Shown: piece after piece, positions 51,201 through 63,499 of the stretch
Numbering within the stretch: the stretch's first letter is position 1
Layout: the number at the start of each line of letters is the position of its first letter
From: Malacoraja senta
Lineage: Eukaryota
NCBI GenBank assembly: GCA_038087875.1
Contig: CM076001.1
Coordinates: 1,798,001-1,862,000 of the forward strand
Direction: 5' to 3'
DNA length: 64,000 bases
Translations under genes and position numbers: made by a program
The notes under the pieces: generated by a model
The model's input: the letters and a program-made list of their open reading frames with translations, nothing else
Database searches by the model: none
What the model was told of the DNA's origin: nothing

Positions 51201-51855
51201 CCTCAATCTTCGCAACATTTGCCGCGACACTGCCTTGGGCTCTCCAGCTCAACGGCTGATGTCTCGCACTACGAGACGTCCGATCCCGGTGACCCAGCGT
51301 TCCCTCGTTCACTCTGTCCTCCGTCCCGCTGCCGTCCAGGAGCGCATTGCCCTCAAACAAGAAATCCAACGGCGCTCCCACGACAAATCTTGTCGTCCTC
51401 TCCCGCATCCGCTCCCAGGCCAAGTCGTCCGAATGCAATCCCCCTCCGGTCACCCCAGGCTTGCCATCGTCGTCGGTACTGCTGGATCGCCGCGGTCCTA
51501 CCTTGTCGACCATGACGGTACCATTTACCGCCGGTCCCGGCAGCATCTGCGGCTTGTTAACGAGCCACCACCGCCGCCTGCGGATCCTCCCCCCCCCCTC
51601 ATTGTCGACAACACTGCCTGCCCCTCCGGCCATTCCTCCCTCGCCTGCCCGTCTTCCCGCTACTGCTCCTGCTTCCCCTGCACCTTCTCCGTTTTCTCGT
51701 TCTCCTCCCGGTTCCCCGGTCTCTCCCCCGCGCCGGCTCCTGCTCATGCTCCGCCTGCAGAAGGGGGGGGGATGGCGAAATGCGTACCCGGTACGCGCAG
51801 GTGCTCAGCCCGCCTATCCGTTATCGTGAATTTGTTTAACTGTTTGCTCACCTGA
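48233..51855 (+). pseudogene. Gypsy pol (PR, RT, RNase H, integrase), interrupted
   Basis: KLDTGA, LDAKSSFWQ, IVDDILV, CDASKFGLG, EKELLAV, H..H...C..C, ADNG and SNGLAE motifs. Interrupted by a SINE insertion, a frameshift near 49090 and TGA at 49912. Confidence 0.92.
48674..49017 (-). mobile_element. tRNA-derived SINE with (ATT)n tail nested in Gypsy pol
   Basis: A box TGGCGCAATGG (49017-49007), B box GGTTCGAATCCC (48973-48962) and an L2-like tail GTAAAGCGCCTTGAG...GCGCTATATAAAT. Confidence 0.88.
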
Positions 51856-51920
51856 TCGTAGCGTATGAGACGTGGTCGCCCTGTCACTTCGGTATTGCTT
51901 ATTATTTCCAAGGGGAAGGA

Positions 51921-52132
51921 TGTAGATGATATGTGCATGTACCTTTAACATAGTGACCTCACCACTACTAACCACTCCCCACATCATCAGTATAATTACA
52001 ACCTTCCCACCCAGTTCTCTCTCTCTGGTGCCAGTGACAGACCACGGACAGCTAGGGCAGAAACGTATGTGTATAATGTGTAATATGAATAATCAGAAGT
52101 AAAGAAACAGTGCGTTATGACACATCTTTACA
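51921..52132 (+). repeat. 3' LTR
   Basis: Direct repeat of 47152-47363. Confidence 0.97.
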
Positions 52133-52189
52133 AAACTGACTATGGGCTAGGCATGCGTAGCTCCTATCAGCGCTAGAAACACAGCAGGA

Positions 52190-52958
52190 AGGCAGAATCG
52201 TATCTGAATGGTGCCATGTTAGGAAAATGGGAAGTACAACGTGATCTGGATGTCCTTATTCATCAGTCACTGGTAGTAAGCATGCAAGTACAGCAGGCAG
52301 TGAAGAAAGCGATTGGCGCGTTGGCGTGCATAACAAGAGGAGTCGAGTAGAGGAGCAATGTCCTTCTACAGTTATACAGGGCCCTGGTGCGACCACACCT
52401 GGAGTATTGTGTGCAGTTTTCGTCTCCAAATTTGAGGAAGGACATTCCTGCTATTGAGGGAGTGCAGCGTAGGTTCACCAGGTTCATTCCCGGGACGGTG
52501 GGACTGTCATATCTTGAAAGAATGGAGCGACTGGGCTTATTAACCGTGGAATTCAGAAGAACGAGAGGGGGTCTTATTGAAACATATGTTTTTTGGGGAT
52601 TGGACACCATGGAGGCAGGAAAGATGTTACCGATGTTGTTGGGGGGGGGGTCCAAAACCAAGAGCCATAGTTTAAGAATGAGGGGTAGGCCACTTGGAAC
52701 GGAGATGAGATCAATCTTTTTCACCCAGAGAATTGTGAACCTGTTGAACTATCTGCCTCAAAAGGCAGTGGAGGCCAATTCTCTGGATGCTTTCATGAGA
52801 GAGTAAGACAGAGCTCTTATAGACAGCGGAGTCAAGGGATATGGGGAGAAGGCTGGAAGTGGGTACTGATTGTGGATGATCAGCCATGAATACTGTGAAT
52901 GGCGATGCTGGCTCGAAGGGCCGAATGGCATATTCCTGCACCCATTGTCTATTGTCGT
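52190..52958 (+). mobile_element. CR1 3' fragment
   Basis: RPHLEYCVQF...QRRFTRF and UTR. Confidence 0.88.
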
Positions 52959-53721
52959 TCAACCTGGTTCAATACTGACGTCGTGTAGTGCTTGATTGAC
53001 ATTTCTACATTCTTCCCTTAGCCACTTGGGGTTCTTCTGGGCGCTACTGTTTCCTGCGATATCATTCTGTCTGCGCACCGGCAAGCTGACTAGCCATTGC
53101 TATTTCGAGAAGGGACGGTTGCGAAAATGAAAACAGGAATAGAGGGAAATCGGGATCAACGGGGGATTAGTGTATATTACTGGTTGTGGGTCAGTACGCA
53201 CTGATTTGACCAACGTACTATTTTCTGTGGTGCAACTCTCAGTCCTTCTTCGACCTGGAAGCCTTACTGGGGTGAAATCAAGGACCAAATACTTTATCGG
53301 ATTATCAGATATTTAGACAGAAAGAATATCGACAGTGTCCGTGCGTTTTTGCGCCTCTTATATATTAGTCGTGTGAAGCTAATGGCGAGTCATTGGCAAG
53401 CACGAACGAAAGAAGAATGGTTCTTAACACAACACTAAGGATGGCGGCACTAAACTTCCCTCCGGTCCGATAAACAACTGCTCACCTTTACGTTTTGACT
53501 CTTCAAGGAATTTAGTAAGCGCAACCCCGCTTCTTTTTACACCCAACAAGGATTAGTATCGCTAGTACATTTGCCTTTCATCCGAAATCCTCATTGTAGC
53601 CCACACCATCTTCTTAATTTGTGCTTAAAGTTATCATATGATTTACATTAGACAATTTCTGGCTGAAGAAGGGTCTCACCCGAAACGTAACCCACTCCTT
53701 CTGTCCAGAGAAGATGCTGGT

Positions 53722-54050
53722 CACGGTTGCGCAGTGGTAGAGTTGCCGCATGACATCGAATGCAGCGCCGGAGACCCGGTTTCGATCCTGACTACGGGTG
53801 CTGTCTGCACGGAGTAGGTATGTTCTCCCCGTGACCTGCGTGGATTTTCTCCGATATCTTCGGTTACCTCCACACTCCAAAGACGTACAGGTTTGTTGGT
53901 TAATTGGCTTAGTGAATGTAAATATTGTCCCTATTGGGTGTAGGATAGTGCTAATATGTTAATGGGCAGGGATCGCTGGTCGGCGCCGTCCTGTTGGGCA
54001 GAAGGGCCTGTTTCCGCGCTGTATCTCCAAACCAAACTAAACTAAACTAA
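53722..54050 (+). mobile_element. V-SINE (HE1-like), near full length
   Basis: tRNA-like head GGTTGCGCAGTGGTAGAG...GGTTTCGATCC, V domain and (CTAAA)n tail. Confidence 0.85.
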
Positions 54051-54385
54051 GGTACTACCTGTCCCACTGAGTTATTCCAGCGTTTTTTGTCTATCTTCGG
54101 TTTAAACCAGCAGCTGCGCTTCCTTCTTACACGTATGATTTGCATTTATAAATTAAAATATTCAAAACGTCTTCAAACACGGTTATGTTCGCTCTAAGGG
54201 TTTTCTAGTCGATTAATTCGGATCAGCGTTAAAAACAGCGAGAATCTATTTGTTCGGAAAATTGTGACTAACAACACTGATGATCCCTGGCAACAGCCGC
54301 CCCAGGGACTGCCGCCTTGCATAAATAGATGGGGCAAGGTGCTTGCTTCAGAGTGCAACTGATCAGCACTGCGTTCACACGGAAA

Positions 54386-54455
54386 ATGCACGCGCCTGGG
54401 AACGGCCCGGTCTTTGCAGTTTACTATTCCGCTCTTGCAGCTTTCGGTGTTCCAG
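54386..54455 (+). CDS. Exon 1 of GPCR-3
   Basis: MHAPGNGPVFAVYYSALAAFGVP + G|GTAAC. Paralogous to GPCR-2 exon 1. Confidence 0.9.
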
Positions 54456-54789
54456 GTAACATGTGAAGATTGAGGACGATCGGTCCAAAGCAGCTATTGT
54501 GTTAATTATATTTTTAGCCACCTTACTCTGCTTGGCATGGCTATTGTACACATCCTACCATTGTGCCTCCGCGGTGATCCCTTAATGACTTGATATCTAA
54601 TCGATACCTAACACAAAGACGACGATGCCACAATAATGCTCAGGATATCATTGTTTGGGATATCATTGTTTGAATGTATACCTTTTACGTTGTTTTATTT
54701 GCTCCACGTCTACTAAAAACGTTCGATGTTCTCGAGTAGCCATGAACATATTTTAACTATTTCTTAACTATTTACAGATTTATTTAGAA

Positions 54790-56305
54790 AAGCAGCCAGG
54801 GTAACCGTCGAGGAAGTACTGAAGGTACTGTCGTGTTTGAACGTAGACAAATCCCCGGGGCCTGATCCGAGGACATTGCGAGAAACTAGAGAGGAAACTG
54901 CGGGAGCCCTGGTTGAAATTTATGAATCGTCCTTAAATACAGGAGAGGTTCCAGAGGATTGGAGGGTGGCAAATGTTGTGCTTCTTTTCAAGAAGGGCTG
55001 CAAGGAAAATTTTGGGAACTATAGGCCGGTGAGCTTAACATCTGTAGTTGGTAAGTTACTAGTGAGTATTCCGTGGGATATGATAGACAGGCATTTGGAT
55101 GGGCGAGGGCTGATTCGGGACTGTGAGCATGGATTTGTACGTGGGAGGTTCTCTCTAGCAAATCTGATTGAGCTTTTTGAAGAAGTGAGGAAAAAGGATG
55201 TTGAAGGCAGAAGTGTAGATGTCGTGTACAAGGACTTTAGTGAGGCGTTCGACAAGGTGCCGCGTGGTAGGCTGCTCTGGAAGGTCAGATCTCATGGGAT
55301 CCAAGGAGAGATATCTGAATGGATCGCAAATTGGCTCCATGGGAGGAAGCAGAGGGTGATGGTTGAAGGTTGCTTCTCAGAATAGAGGCCTGTGACTAGT
55401 GGTGTGCCACAGGGTGCGGTGCTGGGCCCGTTACTGTTAGTCATCTACATCAATGATTCGGATGAGAACATACAGGGCAGGATTAGGAAGTTAATGAAGA
55501 TGGTTGGGAACGATGGCAGCAGGATTTGGATCGATTGGCCAGGTGGTCTGTGGAATTGTTGATGCAATGTAATACAGAGAAGTGTGATGTTTTACATTTT
55601 TGGATGTCGAACAAGGGTAGGACCTACACAGTAAATTATAGGTTGGGTAGTGTTATAGAGCAGAGGGATCAAGGAGTACAAGTGCATGCTTCAAAGAAGA
55701 TCGAGTCGCAGGTCGATAATGTGGTCAAAAAGGCTTTTGGCCTTCATCAGTCAGAGTATTGAATATAGAAGTTGGTATGTCATGTTGCACTTGTATAAGT
55801 CGTTGGTGGACCGCATTTAGAATATTGTGTTCAGTTCTGGGCACCATGTTATAGGAAGTATATTGTAAAGCTTGAAAGGGTTCAGAAAGGATTTACGAGG
55901 ATATTGCCAGGCTGGGTCTCTATTCCATGGAGCGTAGGACGATGAGGGTAGATGTTATAGAGGTATACAAAATCATGAGAGGAATAGATCTTTACCCAGA
56001 GTAGGGGAATCGAGCACCAGAGGACATAGGTTCAAGATGGGGGAAAGGTTTAATAGGAATCCGAGAGGCAACTTTTGCACACAGAGGGGGATGGGTGTAT
56101 GGAACAAGCTGCCAGAGGAGGTACTTGAGGCTTGGACAACCTCATCTCTTAAGGTACTGTTCGACAGGTACATGGACAGGACAGGTTTGGAGGATTATGG
56201 GCCAAGCGCAATCAAGTGGGACTAGGTTTGCTGGACATTGTTGGCTAGTGCGGGCGAGTTGGGCCGAAGTGCCTGATTCCACACTGTATGACTCTATGAC
56301 TCTAT
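54790..56305 (+). mobile_element. CR1-clade LINE (second family) in the GPCR-3 intron
   Basis: VDKSPGPD...NYRPVSLTS...DFSEAFDKV, with a (CTATGACT) tail. Confidence 0.88.
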
Positions 56306-57622
56306 GACCACGCCGATTTCCTCGCAATCTACTCTCCGCGCATCAGCTACCACCCGAGCGCAGCATTTGTCTAATAACCTGCTTGTATTTCTATAACGGT
56401 ATATATCCTGTCACATTAATTAATTGGAGTGCATTTTTAATCGGACTACCTTTGATCGGACATTATTGCACTTTATATTGCACTAACCGTTATGCTCTTC
56501 GTGTGGCTGCACTTCGTGAACGGCTTGATTGCAATCATGTTTAGTATTTCCGCTGATGCCATATCGCGTAATAAAAAAAACATTTTCACTTTACCTCGTT
56601 ACATGTGGTAGTAAACTAAACTAAACTATACTAAAACCTAAACGAAACTAAAACTACAATAGCACAAAGCATTGCGAATTAAACCAGTAATTTCTCTTTC
56701 CTGGATTAGATCGATTTTTGTTGTGGTTACACCTCCAGAAGGGCTCCCTGAGGTAGTGTCCCGCTTTGCAACTTTTAATATATGCATTCATCATTGCGTT
56801 TTGGCAATGACATGTAATAAATAAATTAAGCATAATATCGAACCATAAATGCAAAGATATTAAACCAATAACCGACTCTAACATTATTTATCCTTACTTG
56901 TATATGCGTGCTTGTCTTTCCGGTTCCCATTCCTCAGGTCTTTCCTGATTGAAGACATTTTGTATTAATTATATTTCATTGTTGATACTCAGACCCATAA
57001 TGCTGCCGCTGATGTTCTGCAATAATTGGTTACCATGATAATGTATTTCCGTTCTTATCAGCGTGTGACAGTAAAGGTTGAAGGCAGTGAGACAGAAAAA
57101 TAACTATTTTTTGAAGCTATTGTATGAGATTCAACGTTCTTGTGCTCGTATACAATTGCATCGTGCACCGAGCGCAATTATTCAGTGCCTTTCGTGCTTC
57201 TATATTTCTGTATTTGCTGAGTACTGAGCGATCTGTCATTTCTTCAGACGATAATGTTGCACTGGGATATTCCGCTTGGCTTTGGTTAAATGATTCCATA
57301 GATACAGTGCATGTTTCATGTTCGTTCCCCGTGTCCACTCATCACTCTTCCGCATAACTAGGCATAGCAAATGCGGAAGAATGTTCAACATTTATTACGT
57401 TTGCAAATCCTACTGACCTTCCACGAGAACTAATGCCACTGCAATCAATCACGTGATCTCCTGTGATCTGTTGTGCCCTTTCAGATTATTCGCTTCACAA
57501 TACCATTGATGTGCAGCCGCATCGTGTCGTTTAAATGCTACTATGAGTGGTTCTGTCAACTTTATAAACTTGAAGTTAATTCGCAGACGTTTATAACTCT
57601 CGCCAGGTTTATTGCCATTATT

Positions 57623-57728
57623 AGACACAAAATGCTGGAGTAACTCAGCGGGACAGGCAGCATATCTGGAATTCCTTCTCGCCAGAGATGCTGCCTGTCC
57701 CGCAGAGTTACTCCAGCATGTTGTGTCT
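57623..57728. repeat. 47-bp inverted repeat with a 12-nt loop (PLE terminal-repeat derived)
   Basis: Arms 57623-57669 and 57682-57728 differ at 3 positions. Confidence 0.9.
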
Positions 57729-58044
57729 TCCTTCGGTTTCAACCAGCATCTGCAATTCCTTCCTGCACATTATTGTCAATATTGTTCGTTTTGAAATTCC
57801 ACGCCTTAATTTTTGTTTATGCCTTATTTATTTCTCCCTGTTATTTAAGTGTCATTTTAACGTTTAGATTGATCTGCAATGATCTGCGAAATGTAACAAA
57901 CGTCCGTCGTTAAACTGATGTGTTTCAATCGCGGTGTCAACAGTGAAGGATACGCATGCATAGTCGCCTTCCAAACACGTTGATGTAACAGGCAGATGAT
58001 TTTTTTCGTTATGGATTTTCTATCTCTCCATCTCTCTCACACAG

Positions 58045-59024
58045 CGAACGCGTTGACCATTGTGATCCTGGCGCAAGGACGATGCGGCCTCGCGAAGTGT
58101 ATCACCCGCTACCTTGTGTTCATGGCGGTGACGGATCTCCTCGTTATTATCACCGCAGTGATACTGAGTCGGCTACGTGCTATTTATTTCCCTGTTAGTT
58201 TTTTGTCCACCATTCCCGCCTGCAAACTTATTATTCTCCTCAGCTGGGCATCCAAGGACGCGTCTGTTTGGTTGACCGTCGCCTTCACCTTCGATCGATT
58301 CATAGCCATTTGCTGTCACCGACAGAAGCTCAGATTTTGCACGGAGAAAACCGCGGCTGTCGTTATTGGAAGTGTCTGTGCGGTGGGTTGTTTTAAAAAT
58401 GTCCCTTCTTACTTTATATACGAGCCAGTGTACGTGGTAGATAACGTGCCCTGGTTCTGCACGATAAACGAAATGTACTATTCTTCCATTGCATGGAGGG
58501 TTTATGACTGGCTGCACCGGATGTTAAACCCATGTGTCCCGTTCCTTCTCATTTTTCTACTCAATGTTCTGACGGTCAGATACATCCTAACGGCGAATAA
58601 AGCCCGCAGGAGGCTCCGGGCCCAAAGCAATGGGGACCGACAGAATGACACGGAGATGGAGAACAGGAGAAAGTCTATCATTTTACTCATGGCGATATCG
58701 GGTAGTTTTCTCCTGTTGCGATTGACGTATGTCGTGAATTTTCTATTTGTGCAACTGACCAGCAATAAGTATGCCAGCGGCTCCAATTCCGCTGACCCAA
58801 AGTTTATCCTACAGGAAAGCGGATACATGCTGGAGCTTCTCAGTTCTTGTACCAACTCGTGCATTTACGCGGGGACGCAGATTAAGTTCAGAAGACAGTT
58901 GAAGGGCGCTGTTAAATTCCCATTCAAACTAATTAAAGCATGGTTCAAAACTTACGCATTACCGATAGTTTCCGTCTTATATTCCACGACTGAAAATTAT
59001 AAAGTTGATATGATTTTGAAATAG
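58045..59024 (+). CDS. Exon 2 of intact GPR139/142-like rhodopsin GPCR (GPCR-3, 349 aa spliced)
   Basis: Acceptor CTCTCTCACACAG|CG, then an open 7TM frame with NALTIVILA, FTFDRFIAIC and SSCTNSCIY. Confidence 0.93.
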
Positions 59025-59124
59025 GTGAGTGCTGGTGATGTCTAGTTTCTGTCCGTATCAGCGTCGATGAGGGTTTTTCCTGAGCCGCTGCGCAGGAAAT
59101 AAAATAGTTAAGACCAAAGTTTGA

Positions 59125-61322
59125 CACTTGAAGACTGAAAATTGTGAATTTATTATGGGGAACAAGGAAATGGCAGATGATTTGAACAGGTACTATGCAT
59201 CAGTCTTCACTAAGGAGGACACAAACAATCTTGCGGATGATCTAGTGGCCAGAGGATCTGGGGTGACGGAAGAACCGAAGGAAATCCACATTAGGCAGGA
59301 AATGGTGTTGAGTAGACTCATGGGACTGTACGCTGATAAATCCCCACGGCCTGATGGTCTGCATCCCAGGGCACTTAAGGAAGTCGCTTTAGAAATCGTG
59401 GACGCATTGGTGATCATTTCCCAATGTTCTATAGATTCAGGATCAGTTCCTGTGGATTGGAGGGTAGCTAATGATATCCCACTTTAAGAAAGGCGGGAGA
59501 GAGGAAACAGGGAATTATAGATCAGTTAGCCTAACATCGGTGGCCGGGATGTTATAAAAGATTATAATTATATTCAGTTATATTATATATTATATTCAAT
59601 TATAAAATATTAAACAGCGGCACATTTGGATAGCAGTAACAGGATCGTTCTGAGTCAGCATGGATTAATGCTGGGCAAATCATGCTTCACTAATCTTCTG
59701 GATAGTTTTGAGGATGTAACTAGGAAAATGGACAAGTGAGAGCCAGTAGATGTGGTGACCTGGACTTTCAGATAGCCTTTGATAAGGTCCCACATTGGCG
59801 ATTAGTGGGCAAAATTAGAGCCCAGGGTATTGGGGTAGGGTACTTACAAGGATAGAAAATTGGTTGGCAGACAGAAAACAAAGAGTAGGGATTAATGGGT
59901 CTCTTCTAGAATGGCAGGCGGTGACTAGTTGAGTACCGCAAGGCTCGGTGCTGGGACCGCAGCTATTTACATCAATGTAAATTCATGATTGAGATGAACG
60001 GATTAAAAGTAACATTAGCAAATTTGCAGATGGCACAAGGCTGGGTGGCAATGTGAACTGTGACGAGGATGCTGTGATGATGCAAGGTGACTTGGACAGG
60101 TTGGGTGAGTGGGCACATGCAAGGCAGATGCAGTTTAATGTGGATAAATGTGAGATTACCCATAAGAACAAGAAGGCAGATTATTACCTGAATGGTGTCA
60201 AGTTAGGAAAAGGGGAGGTACAACGAGATCTGGGTGTCCTTGTTCATCAGTCACTGAAAGTAAGCATGCAGGTTCAGCAGGCAGTTAAGAAAGCTAATAG
60301 CATGTTGTCCTTCAGAACAAGAGGAGTTGAGAACAGGAGCAAAGAGGTCCTTCTGTAGTTCTACAGGCCCCTAGTGAGACCACGCCTGGGGTATTGTGTG
60401 CAGTTGTGGTCGCAGTTCTTGCTCTTGAGGGAATGCAGCGTAGATTCACGAGGGTAATTCCCGGAAGGCGGGACTGTCATATGATGAAAGAATGGTGCGA
60501 CTGGGCTTGTAAACACTGTAATTTAGAAGGATGTGAGGGGATCTTATGAAACATATAAGATTATAATGTGACTGGACACGATAGAGGCAGGAAACCTGCT
60601 CCCGATGTTGGGGGAGGACAGAACCAGTGGCCACAGTTTGAGAATTATGGGTTGGCCATTTAGAACGGAGATGAGGAAAAACTTTTTTCACACAGGGAGT
60701 TATGAATCAGATGAATTCTCTGTCTCAGAAAGTATTGGAGGCCATTTCTCTGGATGCTTTCAAGAGAGAGTTAGATAGACCTCTTAAAGATAGCGGAGTG
60801 AAGGGATATGGGGCGAAGGCAGGAACGGGGTACTGATTGTGGATGTTCAGCCATGATCTCATTGAATGGCAGCGCTGCTCGAAGGACCGAATTGCCTTCT
60901 CCTGCACCTATTGTCTATAGTATATTGTATATTGTCTATTGAATAAGTGGGTTAGCATATGATGCGCGTTTGACTGCACTGGGCCTTTACTCGCTGGAGT
61001 TTAGAAGGGTGACGTGTGGGGTCATCGAAAATTACAGAATAATAAAAAGCATAGGTAGATTGGATGTGGAAAGGAGGTCTTCCCAGTTGGGAGTGTCTTG
61101 GGACTGGAGGTCATAGCCTCAGAATTAAAGGGCGCTCTTTTGGAAAGGATGTGAGGAGAAATAGTCAGAGGGTAATTAATCTGTGGAACTCATTGCGACA
61201 GGGGGCTGTGGAGGCCAAGTCGCTGAATATTTGCTGAAGTCAGACAATTTCTCGATTAGAACGGGTTTCAAGGGTTATGGGGAGAAGGCAATAAATTAGG
61301 GTTTAGAGACAGAGATCAGCCA
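59125..61322 (+). mobile_element. Degraded CR1 LINE(s)
   Basis: Similar to 1050-2825, with RT motifs and UTRs. Confidence 0.88.
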
Positions 61323-61325
61323 TAT

Positions 61326-63188
61326 ATTTTAATTTTATTAGAAGTAAGTACAATTGTATACAATCATATTTTCATAATCCCTTTTATGTACAGCTTCTTA
61401 TTTTAAAAAAAAGTGTAATAGATACATAGATACATAGATTCATAGAAAATAGGTGCAGGAGTAGGCCATTCGGCCCTTCGAGCCTGCACCGCCATTCAAT
61501 ATGATCATGGCTGATCATCCAACTCAGTATCCCGTACCTGCCTTCTCTCCATACCCCCTGATCCCCTTAGCCACAAGGGCCACATCGAACTCCCTCTTAA
61601 ATATAGCCAATGAACTGGCCTTAACTACCATCTGTGGCAGAGAGTTCCAGAGATTCACCACTCTCTGTGTGAAAAAGTTTTTCCTCATCTCGGTCTTAAA
61701 GGATTTCCCCCTTATCCTTAAGCTGTGACCCCTTGTCCTGGACTTCCCCAACATCGGGAACAATCTTCCTGCATCTAGCCTGTCCAACCCCATAAGAATT
61801 GTGTACGTTTCTATAAGATCCCCTCTCAATCTCCTAAATTCTAGCGAGTATAAGCCAAGTCTATCCAGTCTTTCTTCATATGAAAGTCCTGACATCCCAG
61901 GAATCAGTCTGGTGAACCTTGTCTGCACTCCCTCTATGGCTATAATGTCCTTCCTCAGATTTGGAGACCAAAACTGTACGCAATACTCCAGGTGTGGTCT
62001 CACCAAGACCCTGTAAAACTGCAGTAGAACCTCCCTGCTCCTATACTCAAATCCTCTTCCTATGAAGGCCAACATACCATTCGCTTTCTTCATTGCCTGC
62101 TGCACCTGCATGCCTACTTTCAATGACTGGTGTACCATGACACCCAGGTCTCGCTGCATCTCCCCATTTCCTAATCGGCCACCATTTAGATAATAGTCTG
62201 CCTTCCCGTTTTTGCCACCAAAGTGGATAACCTCACATTTATCCACATTATACTGCATCTGCCAAACATTTGCCCACTCACCCAGCCTATCCAAGTCACC
62301 TTGCAGTCTCCTAGCATCCTCCTCACAGCTAACACTGCCCCCCAGCTTAGTGTCATCCGCAAACTTGGAGATGTTGCTTTCAATTCCCTCGTCCAGATCA
62401 TTAATATAAATTGTAAATAGCTGGGGTCCCAGCACTGAGCCTTGCGGTACCCCACTAGTCACTGCCTGCCATTGTGAAAAGGACCCGTTTACTCCTACTC
62501 TTTGCTTCCTGTTTGCCAGCCAGTTCTCTATCCACATCAATACTGAACCCCCAATACCGTGTGATTTAAGTTTGTATCCTAATCTCTTATGTGGTACCTT
62601 GTCGAAAGCCTTCTGAAAGTCCAGATACAACACATCCACTGGTTCTCCCCTATCCACTCTACTAGTTACATCCTCGAAAAATTCTATAAGATTCGTCAGA
62701 CACGATTTACCACGAAATCCATGATGACTTTGTCCAATGATTTCACCACTTTCCAAATGTGCTGCTATCCCATCTTTAATAACTGACTCTAGCAGTTTCC
62801 CCACTACCGATGTTAGACTAACTGGTCTGTAATTCCCCGTTAGATAATGAAAAATAGAAAAATGTGAGATATATAGTGTGTGAAAAAGAAAAATAAAGAA
62901 TGAAAAAAGAAAGTTGAGACATAGAAAATAGAAGAAAGAGAATAAAAGAAGAGAAGAGAAGAAAAGAAAATAGAAGGAGATCATTTATAATCTTGACCAT
63001 CCGCTGTCACGGATTAGCTTTTACACCTGTTTTACACCATATGTTTCCAAAAAGACGACAAATGGAGACCAACTCGTTATGAATTGGTCAAATTTATTTA
63101 TTAGGAGGAATCGCATTGCCTCAAGATGTGCGGTATCCAACATACTTGCAATCCACATTTTGAGCGTTGGTATTGGTGTATTTTTCCA
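61326..63188 (-). mobile_element. L1 3' stub interrupted by a young CR1 (61410-62841)
   Basis: 62842-63188 and 61326-61409 match 27131-27594. The inserted CR1 is nearly identical to 18075-19495. Confidence 0.88.
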
Positions 63189-63499
63189 GGCGGAGTAGAT
63201 TTGATGGGCCGAATGGACTATTTCTACTATAACTTGTGAACGTGGGAACTTGTGAATAGTGGGGGCAGCGAGTCCTGAGGGATAAGTGGAGACTTCCGAA
63301 GGGTGCAGGTGATCAAATCTGATAAGAAATTAAAAGTGGAATTAAGTAAGGGAGTGATGGTGACGCATTGGAAGAGAGCGGATAGGGGCCCAGTGGGGTG
63401 CCGGTAGGAGTGGGTACTGTGTATTAGTGGGAATATCGGAAGAAGTGGTATGAGAGGACCTGAATAGATAAGAAAGAAAGAGAAAGGGCCAGAGGGGAA

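Larger units (their letters stand above)
47152..52132 (+). mobile_element. Complete Gypsy/Ty3 LTR retrotransposon (decayed ORFs)
   Basis: 212-bp TG...CA LTRs (47152-47363, 51921-52132), TSD AAACT, PBS TGGTGTCAG and PPT AAGGGGAAGGA. Domain order is gag-PR-RT-RH-IN. Confidence 0.97.

Noticed and set aside
50944-51829. Long antisense and alternate-frame ORFs in Gypsy
   Set aside because: Shadow ORFs of GC-rich pol.
61524-62984. 486-aa ORF with a hydrophobic F/L-rich N-terminus fused to RT
   Set aside because: Chance read-through from a T-rich L1 3' UTR into an inserted CR1; not a membrane-anchored RT gene.
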